Origin: Eubacteriales bacterium
GTDB taxonomy: Bacteria; Bacillota; Clostridia; Oscillospirales; CAG-272
Direction: 5' to 3'
DNA: 59,671 bases
Assembly (NCBI GenBank): GCA_045604985.1
Contig: JAZUPD010000045.1
Span: 1-59,671, forward strand
Shown: positions 59,314 through 59,671 of the stretch, piece by piece
Numbering within the stretch: position 1 is the stretch's first letter
How the letters are laid out: the number at the start of each line of letters is the position of its first letter
Translations under genes and position numbers: made by a program
Notes under the pieces: model-generated
Database searches by the model: none
Seen by the model: only the letters and a program-made list of their open reading frames with translations
What the model was told of the DNA's origin: nothing

Positions 59314-59671
59314 ATGAAAAGAATAGATATGAGATTTGACCAAAACACATTGAAAAAGTGGATAGGCAAAAACTTTGTTAAATACAAGTGTGATCCATTT
59401 GCTTATACAAATTCAGTAACAGCTATCGTAGGAATTTTTATCGACGATGAAGTCTATAAATTAACAAATATTCAAACTGCCGTAGATTATTTTGGAGTAA
59501 ATGATGATTGCGGAGTTTTCACTTTAGAACAAACGGAAAGCAATGAGATAAAATCTTTGTTTGATAATGTTGAACAGGTTGAAACTCCAGTTTCTGAAAT
59601 TATACAGAGAATAACTGTAATTAATGAAAATCAGCAAATATACAAAAATCAAGAACAAACTTACGATGTAT
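59314..59671 (+). CDS. hypothetical acidic protein truncated by the window edge, possible immunity/partner
   Basis: ATG 59314 directly after the previous stop; frame open to the end (MKRIDMRFDQ...EQTYDV); absent from the ORF track. Confidence 0.65.
   Translation, partial: MKRIDMRFDQNTLKKWIGKNFVKYKCDPFAYTNSVTAIVGIFIDDEVYKLTNIQTAVDYFGVNDDCGVFTLEQTESNEIKSLFDNVEQVETPVSEIIQRITVINENQQIYKNQEQTYDV

Larger units (their letters stand above)
57044..59671. mobile_element. start of a probable horizontally acquired island running off the right edge
   Basis: visibly AT-richer than the flanking core genes; XRE/ImmA/DUF4417 content; no integrase or att site seen in the window. Confidence 0.5.

Noticed and set aside
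57044-59671. intact prophage or ICE
   Set aside because: No integrase, structural, replication or conjugation genes are visible in the window; cannot be excluded beyond the edge.

Overview
Mostly core chromosome of a spore-forming Clostridia-like bacterium (yabP/yabQ/divIC, spoIVB, cdaA-cdaR, rel, recJ, gltX-glnS, tmRNA, tRNA-Arg(CCT)), with several small accessory inserts. (1) A three-gene RelE / antitoxin / XRE cassette bounded by inverted repeats just upstream of ssrA. (2) A TerB-N/TerB-C plus DUF2791-type ATPase pair (Shango sngAB-like, helicase missing) next to tRNA-Arg and a degenerate tRNA-Arg-like copy. (3) An XRE repressor plus ImmA/IrrE protease divergent from a Y-family polymerase, with face-to-face consensus promoters covered by a five-site repeat array; this is a candidate LexA-independent mutagenesis switch. 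(4) A stand-alone secreted dockerin, a cohesin lipoprotein and an 1840-aa CE7-like esterase/BspA-LRR surface protein. (5) At the right edge, an AT-richer island encoding XRE, ImmA/IrrE, a structured leader that can hide the RBS, DUF4417, a small basic toxin-like protein and a truncated acidic partner. Items 5 and 3 are the best candidates for an undescribed system. All family calls come from reading motifs by eye; no searches were run.
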